The notes below the pieces were generated by a model that saw only the letters and a list, made by a program, of their open reading frames with translations, did not search any database and was not told the origin of the DNA. 64,000 nt of DNA from a virus (lineage: Duplodnaviria > Caudoviricetes): positions 1 through 64,000 of IMG/VR virus record IMGVR_UViG_3300017766_003100. One strand, 5' to 3'. Both the position numbers and the translations under genes were made by a program. Shown one piece after another: positions 8,980 through 18,914 of this stretch (within the stretch, counting starts at the first letter, position 1; every line of letters begins with the position of its first letter).

Positions 8980-9447
8980 ATGAAAAAAATAGTTTATTTA
9001 ACGGAATCAGATTTATATAATATAACTAAAAGGGTATTGAATGAGAATCTCATTGAAGAAGGTATATTTGATGGTATTACCAATATGTTTCAAGGTCTTA
9101 AAGGTGTATGGAGAGGTGAAGGATATGATTTTTTTTGGTATTTAAATTCTTTAAAAAATATGGTTAAAGAATTAAAAAAATTAGATAAACCAAACTTAAA
9201 GATAATGGATAAATTAACCGAACTAAAAAGTAAAATTTCAACTTCAAAAATGCCACCTGAAAAAAAAGAACAATTAATTTTTGAAATTGATAAGGCACTT
9301 GATAATTTTAATAAATATTCCGAACATATTGATAATTTAGAAAGGGTTGCGGATGAAAGACTAAAAGGAGTAAGTACTTATACAGACACACCTAAATCAG
9401 GTTTATCTAATGTAACAACGTCAGGAACAACTTTAACAGATTTTTAA
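8980..9447 (+). CDS. Putative head-cargo protein
   Basis: N-terminal MKKIVYLTESDLYNITKRVLNE; TATTTAT 22 nt upstream. Confidence 0.7.
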   Translation: MKKIVYLTESDLYNITKRVLNENLIEEGIFDGITNMFQGLKGVWRGEGYDFFWYLNSLKNMVKELKKLDKPNLKIMDKLTELKSKISTSKMPPEKKEQLIFEIDKALDNFNKYSEHIDNLERVADERLKGVSTYTDTPKSGLSNVTTSGTTLTDF

Positions 9448-9452
9448 AATAA

Positions 9453-9480
9453 AAAAAAGGGACTATTCAGTCCCTTTTTT
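9453..9480. terminator. Bidirectional terminator
   Basis: aaaaaagggact/attc/agtccctttttt between convergent genes. Confidence 0.8.
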
Positions 9481-11493
9481 CTTTTTTGATTTTTTAACTT
9501 CTTTTTCTTTAAAAACTATATTTTCATCATTGGTTGTTAGTACATAATTTTCATTCTCAACAACATTTCCATTAAGTACTTCCTCAGATATGAAATCTTC
9601 AATTTTATCTTGTATGGCTCGTTTTATTGGTCTTGCACCATATGTTTCATCAAATCCTGCTTTTGATATTAAATCATAAACAGAATCATCACAAGTTATA
9701 TTATAATTCAAACCACTTAATCTTTTAATTAGCTTTTCAATTTCAAGTTTTACGATTTGTTTAACTTCATCTTCTTTCAATGTATTGAATACAATAATCT
9801 CATCAATACGATTTAAGAATTCTGGTGCAAAAAACTTTTTAAGTTCTTTCTTGAGCATATCCCTTTTTTCTTCCTCTTCAATATAAGAATTTGAGCTAGT
9901 TTTAAATCCAACACCAGTTCCAAATTCTTGGAATTTTTTAACCCCAAGATTGGAGGTCATAATTATAATACAATTTTTAAAATTGATTTTTCTACCCAAT
10001 CCATCAGTAAGATGTCCATCATCCAATACTTGAAGTAACGTTGAAAATACATCTTTATTGGCTTTTTCAATCTCATCAAAAAGAATAACTGAATATGGTT
10101 TATTTTTAACTTGTTCAGTTAATTGTCCCCCTTCATCATAACCTACATAACCTGGAGGTGAACCAATCAATCTTGATATTGAATGTTTTTCTTGGAATTC
10201 TGACATATCAACTCGGATAAGGTTTTCTTCACTACCAAAGATTTCTTTGGCCAATTGTTTTGCTAAATATGTTTTTCCCACACCAGTTGACCCTAAGAAA
10301 ATAAATGAACCTATAGGTTTACTTGGGTCTTTAATACCAAGTCTATTTCTACGGATTGATTTGGCAATTTTTGATACTGCCTCAGATTGACCAATGACTT
10401 TGGATGATAGGTTATCAGCCAATGATGAAAGTTTATTTGTTTCATCTGAGTTCATTTTTGATACTGGTATTTTAGTCATATTAGATACAACTTCATATAC
10501 CAAATCAAATGAAATATCTTTCTTCTTGGTTAATAAATCAGACTCAAATTTTTTCTTTTCGGATTCTAATTTATCCAGTATCTTTGTTTCTTTATCTCGT
10601 AAATCTGCTGCCAATTCATAGTTTTGACTTTTAACAACTTCAATCTTTTGTTGTTTAATATCTAATGCCTGAAGTTTTAAATCTTCAATAATTTTAGGCA
10701 TTTTTATTTCCACTTGACTTCTTGCCCCAACCTCATCAATAATATCAAATGCCTTATCAGGGAACTCTCTATCTGTGATATATCTTTCTGCCAAATCAAC
10801 ACAAAGTTTTAGAATCTCATCACTATAACTTACTTTATGATAATTTTCATATTTTTCTTTAACATTAATTAAAATCTGTAAAGTTTCTTCTTTTGTAGAA
10901 GGGTCAACAATTACTTTTTGAAAACGTCTTTCTAATGCACCATCTTTTTCAAAATTCTTTCTATATTCATCCAATGTTGTCGCTCCAATACATTGTATTT
11001 CACCCCTCGCCAAAGCTGGTTTAAAAATGTTTGACGCATCCAATGAACCTGATGAATTCCCAGCACCAACTATTTGATGTATTTCATCAATGAAGAGAAT
11101 TATATTTGGGGCAGATTGTAGTTCTTCAATAATAACTTTCATTCTTTCTTCAAATTGTCCACGATATTTTGTTCCAGCAACAATTGATGTCATATCCAAG
11201 GACATAATTCTTTTATCCATTAGATTTCTTGGACATTCTCCATTCAATATTTTTAAGGCCAAACCTTCGACTATTGCAGTTTTACCACAACCAGGTTCAC
11301 CTATTATGATTGGGTTATTCTTTTTTCTTCTTGATAATATTTGGGCGATTCTTGTAATTTCTCTATCTCTACCTACCACGGGGTCTAATTTCCCTTCTTC
11401 GGCAAGTTTGATTAAATCCTTTGCGAAGTTATTTAATACTGGGGTATCACCTTTACCTTTTGTTGAGTAATCTCCATCTTTTGATTCTGTCAT
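9463..11493 (-). CDS. clpC: ClpC-like AAA+ unfoldase lacking the N-terminal Clp repeat domain
   Basis: Two NBDs (GEPGCGKT/IDEIH; GSTGVGKT/FDEIEK); UVR-type middle domain (QNYELAADLRD); VGF ClpP-docking loop; GARP. Confidence 0.9.
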   Translation of the reverse strand: MTESKDGDYSTKGKGDTPVLNNFAKDLIKLAEEGKLDPVVGRDREITRIAQILSRRKKNNPIIIGEPGCGKTAIVEGLALKILNGECPRNLMDKRIMSLDMTSIVAGTKYRGQFEERMKVIIEELQSAPNIILFIDEIHQIVGAGNSSGSLDASNIFKPALARGEIQCIGATTLDEYRKNFEKDGALERRFQKVIVDPSTKEETLQILINVKEKYENYHKVSYSDEILKLCVDLAERYITDREFPDKAFDIIDEVGARSQVEIKMPKIIEDLKLQALDIKQQKIEVVKSQNYELAADLRDKETKILDKLESEKKKFESDLLTKKKDISFDLVYEVVSNMTKIPVSKMNSDETNKLSSLADNLSSKVIGQSEAVSKIAKSIRRNRLGIKDPSKPIGSFIFLGSTGVGKTYLAKQLAKEIFGSEENLIRVDMSEFQEKHSISRLIGSPPGYVGYDEGGQLTEQVKNKPYSVILFDEIEKANKDVFSTLLQVLDDGHLTDGLGRKINFKNCIIIMTSNLGVKKFQEFGTGVGFKTSSNSYIEEEEKRDMLKKELKKFFAPEFLNRIDEIIVFNTLKEDEVKQIVKLEIEKLIKRLSGLNYNITCDDSVYDLISKAGFDETYGARPIKRAIQDKIEDFISEEVLNGNVVENENYVLTTNDENIVFKEKEVKKSKKKKGTE

Positions 11494-11547
11494 AACTTTT
11501 TTTGATTAAATATAAATTAAAAAATGGTATTTTCAACTATGTGGGTA

Positions 11548-11560
11548 TGACAAATTGTCA
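11548..11560. promoter_or_regulatory. Palindrome TGACAA-A-TTGTCA, candidate operator
   Basis: Perfect 6-bp arms in the divergent clpC / UVR intergenic region. Confidence 0.4.
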
Positions 11561-11603
11561 GTTATTAATTTTTTGAACCTGACATTATTGATTATAAATT
11601 CAA

Positions 11604-12092
11604 TTGGTATATATTTGGTATAAAATGAAGAAACATAAACTTATAAAAAAAATATTTATGAATAAGAAAGAATTTTATAAAAGATTTGAAGAAATTGTAA
11701 ACGAAATTTTTGGTGAAAATCAAAGACAATCCACATCAATGGATGGATTTTTTAAAGGATTAAATAATGAAAATTTATCTGATGAAATAAAAAAAATCAG
11801 AGATTCAGTTAGAAAAAATAACGATGGTTTTTTTACATCCATTAGTTTTATTATAAATCCAAAAGAACAAGAAGTTGGTGAAAATTCTTTAAAGGATTTA
11901 AAGAATAAATTAGAACAATGTATTAAATCTCAAGAATTTGAAGAAGCTGCAAAACTTAGAGATAGAATTAAACAAATGGAAAATAATTCATCTAAGGTTA
12001 TGGATTTGAAAAAAGAAATGGAAATTGCTATTAAGGAACAAAATTTTGAAAGAGCAATTGAAATTAGAGATGAATTAAAAAAAATTAATTAA
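11604..12092 (+). CDS. Double UVR (UvrB/UvrC coiled-coil) motif protein, McsA-like Clp adaptor candidate
   Basis: KLEQCIKSQEFEEAAKLRDRIK and EMEIAIKEQNFERAIEIRDELK; real start probably ATG 11658, downstream of TATATTTG at 11610-11617. Confidence 0.8.
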   Translation: MVYIWYKMKKHKLIKKIFMNKKEFYKRFEEIVNEIFGENQRQSTSMDGFFKGLNNENLSDEIKKIRDSVRKNNDGFFTSISFIINPKEQEVGENSLKDLKNKLEQCIKSQEFEEAAKLRDRIKQMENNSSKVMDLKKEMEIAIKEQNFERAIEIRDELKKIN

Positions 12093-12096
12093 ATTT

Positions 12097-12122
12097 GACC
12101 CCTCAATTACGAGGGGTTTTTT
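12097..12122 (+). terminator. Intrinsic terminator
   Basis: gacccctc/aattac/gaggggtt plus T-run. Confidence 0.75.
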
Positions 12123-12135
12123 AAATCAAAAAAAT

Positions 12136-12381
12136 ATGGCAATTTTAAGAGAAGAAATTAATGGTTCTAAAATTATTAATGAAATACAATCAAGTAATAT
12201 TAGAAAAACAGAATTTGATACTGAATCAAAAGAATTAGTTGTGGAATTTAACAACGGACTAAGATATTTGTATGAAAATGTACCTCATCAAGTCTATACT
12301 CAATTCAGAATGTCTGAATCCCAAGGTAAGTTTTTCAATTCCAAAATCGCTAAAACTTATCAGTACAAAAAATTGATATAA
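12136..12381 (+). CDS. KTSC domain protein
   Basis: SSNI...FD...KELVVEFNNG..Y.Y..VP..VY..F..SESQGKFFN pattern. Confidence 0.85.
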   Translation: MAILREEINGSKIINEIQSSNIRKTEFDTESKELVVEFNNGLRYLYENVPHQVYTQFRMSESQGKFFNSKIAKTYQYKKLI

Positions 12382-12384
12382 TTA

Positions 12385-13155
12385 TTGTGGAAACACAAAT
12401 ATTTATCAATAATGGAAAGTTTAAATAAAGTAATATCAAGTTTTAATTTACAAAATACTCTCCAACCAAAAATATGGTTAGGTGAGAATCAAAAAATGAA
12501 TCCAAAAGTCAGACAGAACTTATTGGAAATAGCATATCAATTCATTGATTCTTTTGGTTTGGATGTTGTAATTGATGACATCATTGTAACAGGTTCAATC
12601 GCAAACTATAATTGGTCTGAATATTCAGATGTGGATTTACATATATTAGTAGATTATAATCAGTTCCCAAAAGAAATGAAAGATGTTTACGTTGAATATT
12701 TTGATTTAAAAAAGATAGTTTTTAATCAAAAAAGAAATTTAAAAATGTTTGGATTTGATGTTGAAGTTTTTGTTGAGGACAACGATGTTAAAGGTATTAG
12801 TGGTGGATTATATTCAATATTAAATGATGAATGGATTAAGAAACCCCAAAAAGAAAAATTCAAAGTAGAAAAGAGTGAGATTATTAAAAACGCAAAAAAA
12901 TGGATGCGTTTAATTGATAATCTAATAAAACATTTGAATGGTGAAGACATTGAAACTATTCGTAATAGTGTGAAAGTAATTAAAGATAAATTAAAGAAAT
13001 ATAGAGTTAGTGGTTTGAATAAAGGTGGTGAGTTAGGATTGGAAAATTTAGTGTTTAAAGTTTTGAGAAGAAATGGTTATATTGAAAAATTATATAATAT
13101 CCCTATGGATATTATTGATAAAAAACTTTCTTTAGATGAAAAATTAAAGAATTAA
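12385..13155 (+). CDS. Pol-beta superfamily nucleotidyltransferase
   Basis: TGSIANYNWSEYSDVDLH (GS...DxD); third acidic residue in DVEVFVE; likely start ATG 12412. Confidence 0.8.
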   Translation: MWKHKYLSIMESLNKVISSFNLQNTLQPKIWLGENQKMNPKVRQNLLEIAYQFIDSFGLDVVIDDIIVTGSIANYNWSEYSDVDLHILVDYNQFPKEMKDVYVEYFDLKKIVFNQKRNLKMFGFDVEVFVEDNDVKGISGGLYSILNDEWIKKPQKEKFKVEKSEIIKNAKKWMRLIDNLIKHLNGEDIETIRNSVKVIKDKLKKYRVSGLNKGGELGLENLVFKVLRRNGYIEKLYNIPMDIIDKKLSLDEKLKN

Positions 13156-13193
13156 ATAATTCTGTATATTTATATTATAAAAACAAAAAAATT

Positions 13194-14369
13194 ATGGGAA
13201 AATTAAAACCTATTGGTAGTGAAAAATTGGATGGAATTGATAAGATTAGAAGAATTATGGAAATTTCTAATTATAGATTAAATGTTCCAAATCCAATTAA
13301 TGAAAACTCATCTGACGAATATAAAAAGACTTTAGCTGATGGTAATACTTATCACATTGTTAAAGAAAAAACTGGTTATGTAATTAAGAAAGGTTTATTC
13401 GAATCAACTGCTGAATATATTGAACCTATTAAAAATAGAAGATTTTATCCATCATATTCACAAGCATTGAAGAGATTAAACTTAATAACTAAAGAAATAA
13501 ATTTAAATGAGGGTCAAATTAAAAATATTTCATTGTTCAATGAAAGTGAACAAATGGAATACGTTTTAGATTTGGATGAACAAGAAACAGCACCTGCACC
13601 AGCACCTGTAGCACCACAACCTGAAATGCCCGCTGAACCAGCTCCCGCACCAGAACCTGAAGTTCCTGTTGAAGAACCAATGCCAGAACCTGAAATGCCC
13701 CCTATGGATGATGAAGGTGACGAAGATGAAGAGGAAGCTGTAACTATGAAATCAGTTCAAAAAGCAACAGGTAAATTGGCTCAAAAAATTAGAGCTTTTT
13801 TAGCTGACGAAGAAAATGAAATGACTTCTGAAGATACTAAATATGTTATTAATTCAGTATTATCTGCACTTGATTTATCATCTTTGGATGATGAAGATTT
13901 GGATGAAATAATGGCAAAATTTGAAGGTGAAGAAGGTGAGGAAATGACTGAACCTGAAATGGGTGATGAAATGACTGAAGGTGGTGAGGAAATACCCGCA
14001 CCTGGTGATGAAATGACAACTCCTCCACCAGCACCTGAAGGTGGTGAAATGGCAGAATATCGTACACATGGTGCGAGAAAGAATAGACATGTACAGAAAA
14101 TGGAAGAAATGATTGAAAGTCTATTTACCGAATCAAAAGTTGACAAGGTTTTGAGTAAATATTTTGTTAATGAGTCATCAAAAAAACAAGATAAAACAAT
14201 CAATAGAATTCAAAATTTAGCTGAATCATTTAAACAAGAAGTAAAATCAGTTAAATTATACGAAAAATATGGTAACTCAAAATTTTTAGGAAAAAATAAA
14301 TATGGTCATTTAGTTTTTGAAATGAACGATAGAAGAATTAGAGTAAGTCCAAATGGAGAAATTTTATGA
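13194..14369 (+). CDS. Acidic/Pro-rich putative head protein
   Basis: PAPAP/PEM linkers; multiple INE/LFE/LNE/FTE motifs; TATTTAT 27 nt upstream. Confidence 0.7.
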   Translation: MGKLKPIGSEKLDGIDKIRRIMEISNYRLNVPNPINENSSDEYKKTLADGNTYHIVKEKTGYVIKKGLFESTAEYIEPIKNRRFYPSYSQALKRLNLITKEINLNEGQIKNISLFNESEQMEYVLDLDEQETAPAPAPVAPQPEMPAEPAPAPEPEVPVEEPMPEPEMPPMDDEGDEDEEEAVTMKSVQKATGKLAQKIRAFLADEENEMTSEDTKYVINSVLSALDLSSLDDEDLDEIMAKFEGEEGEEMTEPEMGDEMTEGGEEIPAPGDEMTTPPPAPEGGEMAEYRTHGARKNRHVQKMEEMIESLFTESKVDKVLSKYFVNESSKKQDKTINRIQNLAESFKQEVKSVKLYEKYGNSKFLGKNKYGHLVFEMNDRRIRVSPNGEIL

Positions 14370-14773
14370 GTTTATTGATTTACGTTAATAAGTTAGGTCA
14401 AAATTACAAAGGAGAAAATTTATATGAATTTATTTTCTCAGAAAGTTTGGAAGGTGTGTGGGGTGAATCTTGGGATAGTAAACCCGCTAATGGATATCCA
14501 TCACCACCTGAAATAGAACTTGTAACAAAAGTAGGATTGTTAAAAAATAGTTTGGATTTTGAAGTATTACAAAATTCTGATATATTTTCAATGATTGATG
14601 GAATGGATGATGTAATTGCATTAGCGTGGGAAAATGAATCTGAAAGTGTGAATTTTGACAAACAAAAAAGATTGGTTTTCAGATTTGGTGATAAAATTGA
14701 AGATGTGAAAAATAAACTATACGAAAGAGACATCGTATTAGAATTTGAAAGAAAAGTACAATATGAATCTTAA
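14366..14773 (+). CDS. Hypothetical protein
   Basis: 135 aa; 4-nt overlap with the upstream gene. Confidence 0.75.
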   Translation: MSLLIYVNKLGQNYKGENLYEFIFSESLEGVWGESWDSKPANGYPSPPEIELVTKVGLLKNSLDFEVLQNSDIFSMIDGMDDVIALAWENESESVNFDKQKRLVFRFGDKIEDVKNKLYERDIVLEFERKVQYES

Positions 14774-15914
14774 TAAAAAAATTGGTATGTTGTTAGATAA
14801 TGGGTTTAAACCTGAGTTTATTTCATCATTGACTGAAAGTAAAATTAATTTTCTTTTTGAGAAAGTGTCGAAGAGAAAAGAGACGAAAGAACAAGCTGCA
14901 TCAGCTAATGTACAAAAAGTAAATATACCAGCGACAACTGCTTATAAAATACCTGCTGGGGGTGAAGTAGATATCAATAATGTAAAAGTTACTAATCAAG
15001 GTGGTGTAGCGACAGTTACACCAACAAGTGGGAAACCTGTAACCGAAACTGAAGAAATTGATGAAAAATTTGAATCTAAGGCTCAACAAGGATTATTTTG
15101 GGCACGTTGTAACAAATGTAAGGATAAAGATTGTAAGTGGTGTAAAATGGCCGAAGAATTTTCAAAGAGTACATCAAAGAAAAAATATGAAAAAATGCCA
15201 GAAAAAAAACATCCTGAAAAGACTGTAAAATACAAAAAGAAAAAAACGAATGAGGAGTTTACAATGGCAAATTATTTTGATAAAGTTGCAAGTGTGTACG
15301 CAAACAATGCTATGGGTAAAACAATCAATTCTTTAACTAAAGAACAATTTGTTAAAAAACATATAAATAAAATTGTAGAAAACAATTTAAGACCAACTAT
15401 GAAAAAGAGAGATTTATTAAAATTAATTGAATCTGAAATCAAACGTAAAAAAGGTTTGAATGAAGATTTTTATGTGGGTAATATGGAGGAAGAATTTGAT
15501 TTTATGTCAGATACGGAAACTGATGTACCAAGACGTAAACATAGACCTGACTATACTGAAGATTTACCAATAGTGCCTGACCGTACTGAAGGTGAACCTA
15601 ATTGGGATGAAGATGAAGATGAAGATGATGGTACACCAAGACCGAGAGGTAAAATGGGTAGATTAAGAATGAGCGGACCTGGTGTGTTAGAACCTGGTAT
15701 TAAAGAACCAAAAATTAAACCAAAAGAACCTGATACAACACCAGAGTGGACACCTGATGAAGATGAACCAATTGTTCCTAGTCCTGATGTAAACCCTGAA
15801 CCACAAGCAAAAAGAAAAAAAGATTTTTTAGATAAATTCAAATATGATTTTGATAAAAAAATGAATCGTATGGATGAATCAACTTACAAACCAATTAAAT
15901 ATAGAAAATTCTAA
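14745..15914 (+). CDS. Putative head protein with SKAQQ basic domain and CxxC-x4-CxxC
   Basis: KFESKAQQGLFWARCNKCKDKDCKWCK; many LTE/TNE/LNE motifs; likely start 14762. Confidence 0.65.
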   Translation: MKEKYNMNLNKKIGMLLDNGFKPEFISSLTESKINFLFEKVSKRKETKEQAASANVQKVNIPATTAYKIPAGGEVDINNVKVTNQGGVATVTPTSGKPVTETEEIDEKFESKAQQGLFWARCNKCKDKDCKWCKMAEEFSKSTSKKKYEKMPEKKHPEKTVKYKKKKTNEEFTMANYFDKVASVYANNAMGKTINSLTKEQFVKKHINKIVENNLRPTMKKRDLLKLIESEIKRKKGLNEDFYVGNMEEEFDFMSDTETDVPRRKHRPDYTEDLPIVPDRTEGEPNWDEDEDEDDGTPRPRGKMGRLRMSGPGVLEPGIKEPKIKPKEPDTTPEWTPDEDEPIVPSPDVNPEPQAKRKKDFLDKFKYDFDKKMNRMDESTYKPIKYRKF

Positions 15915-15916
15915 TA

Positions 15917-17068
15917 ATGAAAATTTTATTGTATGAAGCTCCAGTTGATGATTTCTTAAGTCAAGAAGCTAAAGAAAAAATTTTAGCAGCTCAAAATAGA
16001 AAATATCAAAAGGCAAAAGAAGAAAGTGGAGATACTTGGTTAGGTGAGTTATTAAATTACTTACCTCATTTAGAATCTCAACACTATGACAAGTTGTTGA
16101 ACTTGTCAAAAGCTTTATTTTTTTCAAGATTTCCAAAAATAAAAGAAAGAATTGATAATGGGACACTTACATTAAATGTAAACTTTTCAACGAGGATTAA
16201 TCCAAGAACAACTACACAAACTATTACACCACAATATATAGAAAAGGCAAAAGAAGTTGACCCTTTGTTTGATGAAAGAGTTAAAGCGAGAAATTTCATA
16301 AATGCAACAACTCAAGGAAGTGCTTGGGCTGAAGGGTTTAATATGTACAAGGAAGTTGAATCACAATTAAATCAGTTAGACCCACAATTAGTTGAGAAGT
16401 ATAAAACATTTGAGAATGCTGCCACTGTATACTACAATGATAATTTAGAAAGTTTGGAACAAATGGCAAAAAGAACAACAAATAGAATAGCTTATGCTGA
16501 TGTTGTTCCTGACCAAAGAAATCCAGGTAATTGGATTATTAATGTTGAGGCACCAAATTTTCCCTTATTGATGCACGAATTATATAAAGCTGGAAGGTAT
16601 TTTAATTCACTTCTTTATTTACCTAAAGATAAGGATGTTAATAACACTTTGACAAAAGTAACAGACATTCATAAACATGAAATTAAAAATATGATTACTG
16701 GTAGAGAAATCAGTTCAAAGTTAAGATTTTTATGGGGTGAATTAATTGATGATTATGAAACTTGGATGGATAGTGCAATACAAACTCAATTTAATAAGTT
16801 AGCAAACGATAATCCAAAGTTATTTAATGAAATTATGTACGATGGTGTTTTAAGTGGTAAATCTGCGGCAATGGCTAAATTCGAAAAATTTTCTCAAATG
16901 ATTGTTGATACTATTAAAAAGAATCCTCCTAAAATTGAAAGGCCTAACTATGATGAATTAATTAAGTCTGAAAAAAGAATACAACCTCAAAGCGATGAAG
17001 ACGAAGATGATGAAGATGTCGAGGATGATTTAAGTTGGTTAGATGATGTTGATTACGATGAAGATTAA
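15917..17068 (+). CDS. Hypothetical protein with acidic tail
   Basis: 383 aa; starts MKILLYE; C-terminal D/E run. Confidence 0.75.
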   Translation: MKILLYEAPVDDFLSQEAKEKILAAQNRKYQKAKEESGDTWLGELLNYLPHLESQHYDKLLNLSKALFFSRFPKIKERIDNGTLTLNVNFSTRINPRTTTQTITPQYIEKAKEVDPLFDERVKARNFINATTQGSAWAEGFNMYKEVESQLNQLDPQLVEKYKTFENAATVYYNDNLESLEQMAKRTTNRIAYADVVPDQRNPGNWIINVEAPNFPLLMHELYKAGRYFNSLLYLPKDKDVNNTLTKVTDIHKHEIKNMITGREISSKLRFLWGELIDDYETWMDSAIQTQFNKLANDNPKLFNEIMYDGVLSGKSAAMAKFEKFSQMIVDTIKKNPPKIERPNYDELIKSEKRIQPQSDEDEDDEDVEDDLSWLDDVDYDED

Positions 17069-17075
17069 AATAATT

Positions 17076-17108
17076 AAAACCCCCATTTAGAAATAAGTGG
17101 GGGTTTTT
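17076..17108. terminator. Intrinsic terminator
   Basis: aaaacccccattta/gaaa/taagtgggggtttt. Confidence 0.8.
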
Positions 17109-17109
17109 A

Positions 17110-17116
17110 TATTTAT
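17110..17116 (+). promoter_or_regulatory. TATTTAT putative late promoter (terminase)
   Basis: 21 nt before ATG 17131; same motif and spacing before many structural genes. Confidence 0.6.
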
Positions 17117-17130
17117 ATTAAATACAATTT

Positions 17131-18894
17131 ATGAGTTTAACAAAAGAACAAGTAATGATGGAATATGTGAAGTGTATGAGAGATACCCCATACGCGTTAA
17201 GAACATATCTGGAAACCTATGATAATACTGTGTCAAAGTATGTACCATTAGAGTTATTTCCTGACCAAATATCATTATTAGATGACTATGAAAATTACAA
17301 TGAAAATATTGCATTGAAATACAGGCAAGCGGGGGTATCAACAGTAACTGCGGCTTGGATATCAAAAAGAATTGCTTTTGCAAAAAAACAAAAACCAGAA
17401 AAGATTTTGATTATTGCCAACAAATTGGATACATCAATGGAGATGGCTAATAAAATAAGAATGTTTATTAGTCAATGGCCAAGTTGGGTTGGTATTGATT
17501 TTTCATCTGATAAAAATTCACAAAAACATTACAAGACAAATAACGGATGTGAAGTGAAAGCTGTGGCAACCTCAAAGGATGCTCTTCGTGGTTTTACACC
17601 AACAATCCTAGTGTTTGACGAGGCAGCATTTATTGACGCGGATTCAGACTTTTGGGCGGCTTGTATGGCCTCACTATCAACTGGGGGTAAAGTTATTGTA
17701 GTTTCAACACCAAATGGTTATGACCCAATTTATTATGAAATATATAACCAAGCAAGTAGGGGAATGAATGATTTCAAAATCTCTGAAATGTATTGGTTTA
17801 GAGACCCAAGATATACAAAAGATTTATATCTAATTAAAACACAAGATACCATTCATTATTTATTAAACAAAGATGAATATCCTAAAGAAAGTATTGTAAG
17901 TTGGGAAGGTATTCCATTTGAAGAAAGAAATTACGATGAATTAAAATTAATGATGGATTCAGGTTACAAACCTTGCTCATCTTGGTTTGAAGGAATGGTA
18001 AAGAAATTGAAATATGATAAGAGAAAAGTTTCTCAAGAGTTGGAATGTAATTTTTTGGGTTCAGGTGATAATGTATTTGATTCTCTTTTAATGCAAAGAG
18101 TAAAAGAAAATATGATTAAAGAACCCCAAAATAAAATGATTGGTAATTCTTTATGGATTTGGAAAGAACCAGTTATTGGTCACAAATATGTAATGGGTGT
18201 GGATGTCAGTAGAGGGGATAGTGAAGACTTTAGTTCATTCCAAATTATTGATTTTGATACACGAGAACAAGTTGCTGAATATGTTGGGAAATTACCACCC
18301 GATACAATGGCCGAAATATGTTATAAGTGGGGTAATATGTACAATTGTTTTATTGTAATAGATATAACTGGTGGTATGGGAGTTTCAACATCACGAAAAC
18401 TCCAAGAAATGGGTTATAAGAATTTATATGTGGATGGTGTTGATGTTGCAAACAAATGGAAATATGACCCAAAAGCTTTAGAAAAAATACCTGGTATAAA
18501 TTTTAATAATAAACGAGTTCAAATTATTGCTTCATTTGAGGAAGCAATGAGACACGAGTTTAAGATTTATAGTATGAGATTGTTCAATGAAATGAATACT
18601 TTTGTATATGTTAACGGAAGACCTGACCACCAAAAAGGACAACATGATGACTTAATTATGTCAGTAGCAATGGCAACATATGTTGCGGAATCATCCTTTA
18701 CTAGTTTGGAAAAGGTCTCTGAACATACTAAAGCAATGTTGGAATCTTGGTCTGTAAGTAACAACGAAGAAGTTAATAAACAAATAGAATTTAACCCAGT
18801 AATACCATATGGACACGATAGAATCAATCAAAGAAATCAAAATGTTTCAAAAGAGGATTATATGAAATATTCTTGGTTATTTGGTGGAAGATAA
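17131..18894 (+). CDS. terL: Terminase large subunit (T4 gp17-like)
   Basis: LKYRQAGVST Walker A variant; LVFDEAAF Walker B; STPNG; GVDVSRG and HDDLIMS nuclease motifs. Confidence 0.95.
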   Translation: MSLTKEQVMMEYVKCMRDTPYALRTYLETYDNTVSKYVPLELFPDQISLLDDYENYNENIALKYRQAGVSTVTAAWISKRIAFAKKQKPEKILIIANKLDTSMEMANKIRMFISQWPSWVGIDFSSDKNSQKHYKTNNGCEVKAVATSKDALRGFTPTILVFDEAAFIDADSDFWAACMASLSTGGKVIVVSTPNGYDPIYYEIYNQASRGMNDFKISEMYWFRDPRYTKDLYLIKTQDTIHYLLNKDEYPKESIVSWEGIPFEERNYDELKLMMDSGYKPCSSWFEGMVKKLKYDKRKVSQELECNFLGSGDNVFDSLLMQRVKENMIKEPQNKMIGNSLWIWKEPVIGHKYVMGVDVSRGDSEDFSSFQIIDFDTREQVAEYVGKLPPDTMAEICYKWGNMYNCFIVIDITGGMGVSTSRKLQEMGYKNLYVDGVDVANKWKYDPKALEKIPGINFNNKRVQIIASFEEAMRHEFKIYSMRLFNEMNTFVYVNGRPDHQKGQHDDLIMSVAMATYVAESSFTSLEKVSEHTKAMLESWSVSNNEEVNKQIEFNPVIPYGHDRINQRNQNVSKEDYMKYSWLFGGR

Positions 18895-18914
18895 TATTTA
18901 TAAATAAAAAGAAT

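Noticed and set aside
9463-11493. ClpB disaggregase
   Set aside because: A short UVR-type middle domain and the VGF ClpP-binding loop indicate ClpC-type
12136-13155. MNT-HEPN or AbiE toxin-antitoxin pair
   Set aside because: The partner is KTSC, no RxxxxH HEPN motif is present, and the NTase is much longer than a minimal MNT
17320-17350. Inactivated terminase (Walker A lacks Lys: RQAGVST)
   Set aside because: Walker B, coupling and nuclease motifs are intact and the ORF is full length; treated as a family variant rather than a pseudogene
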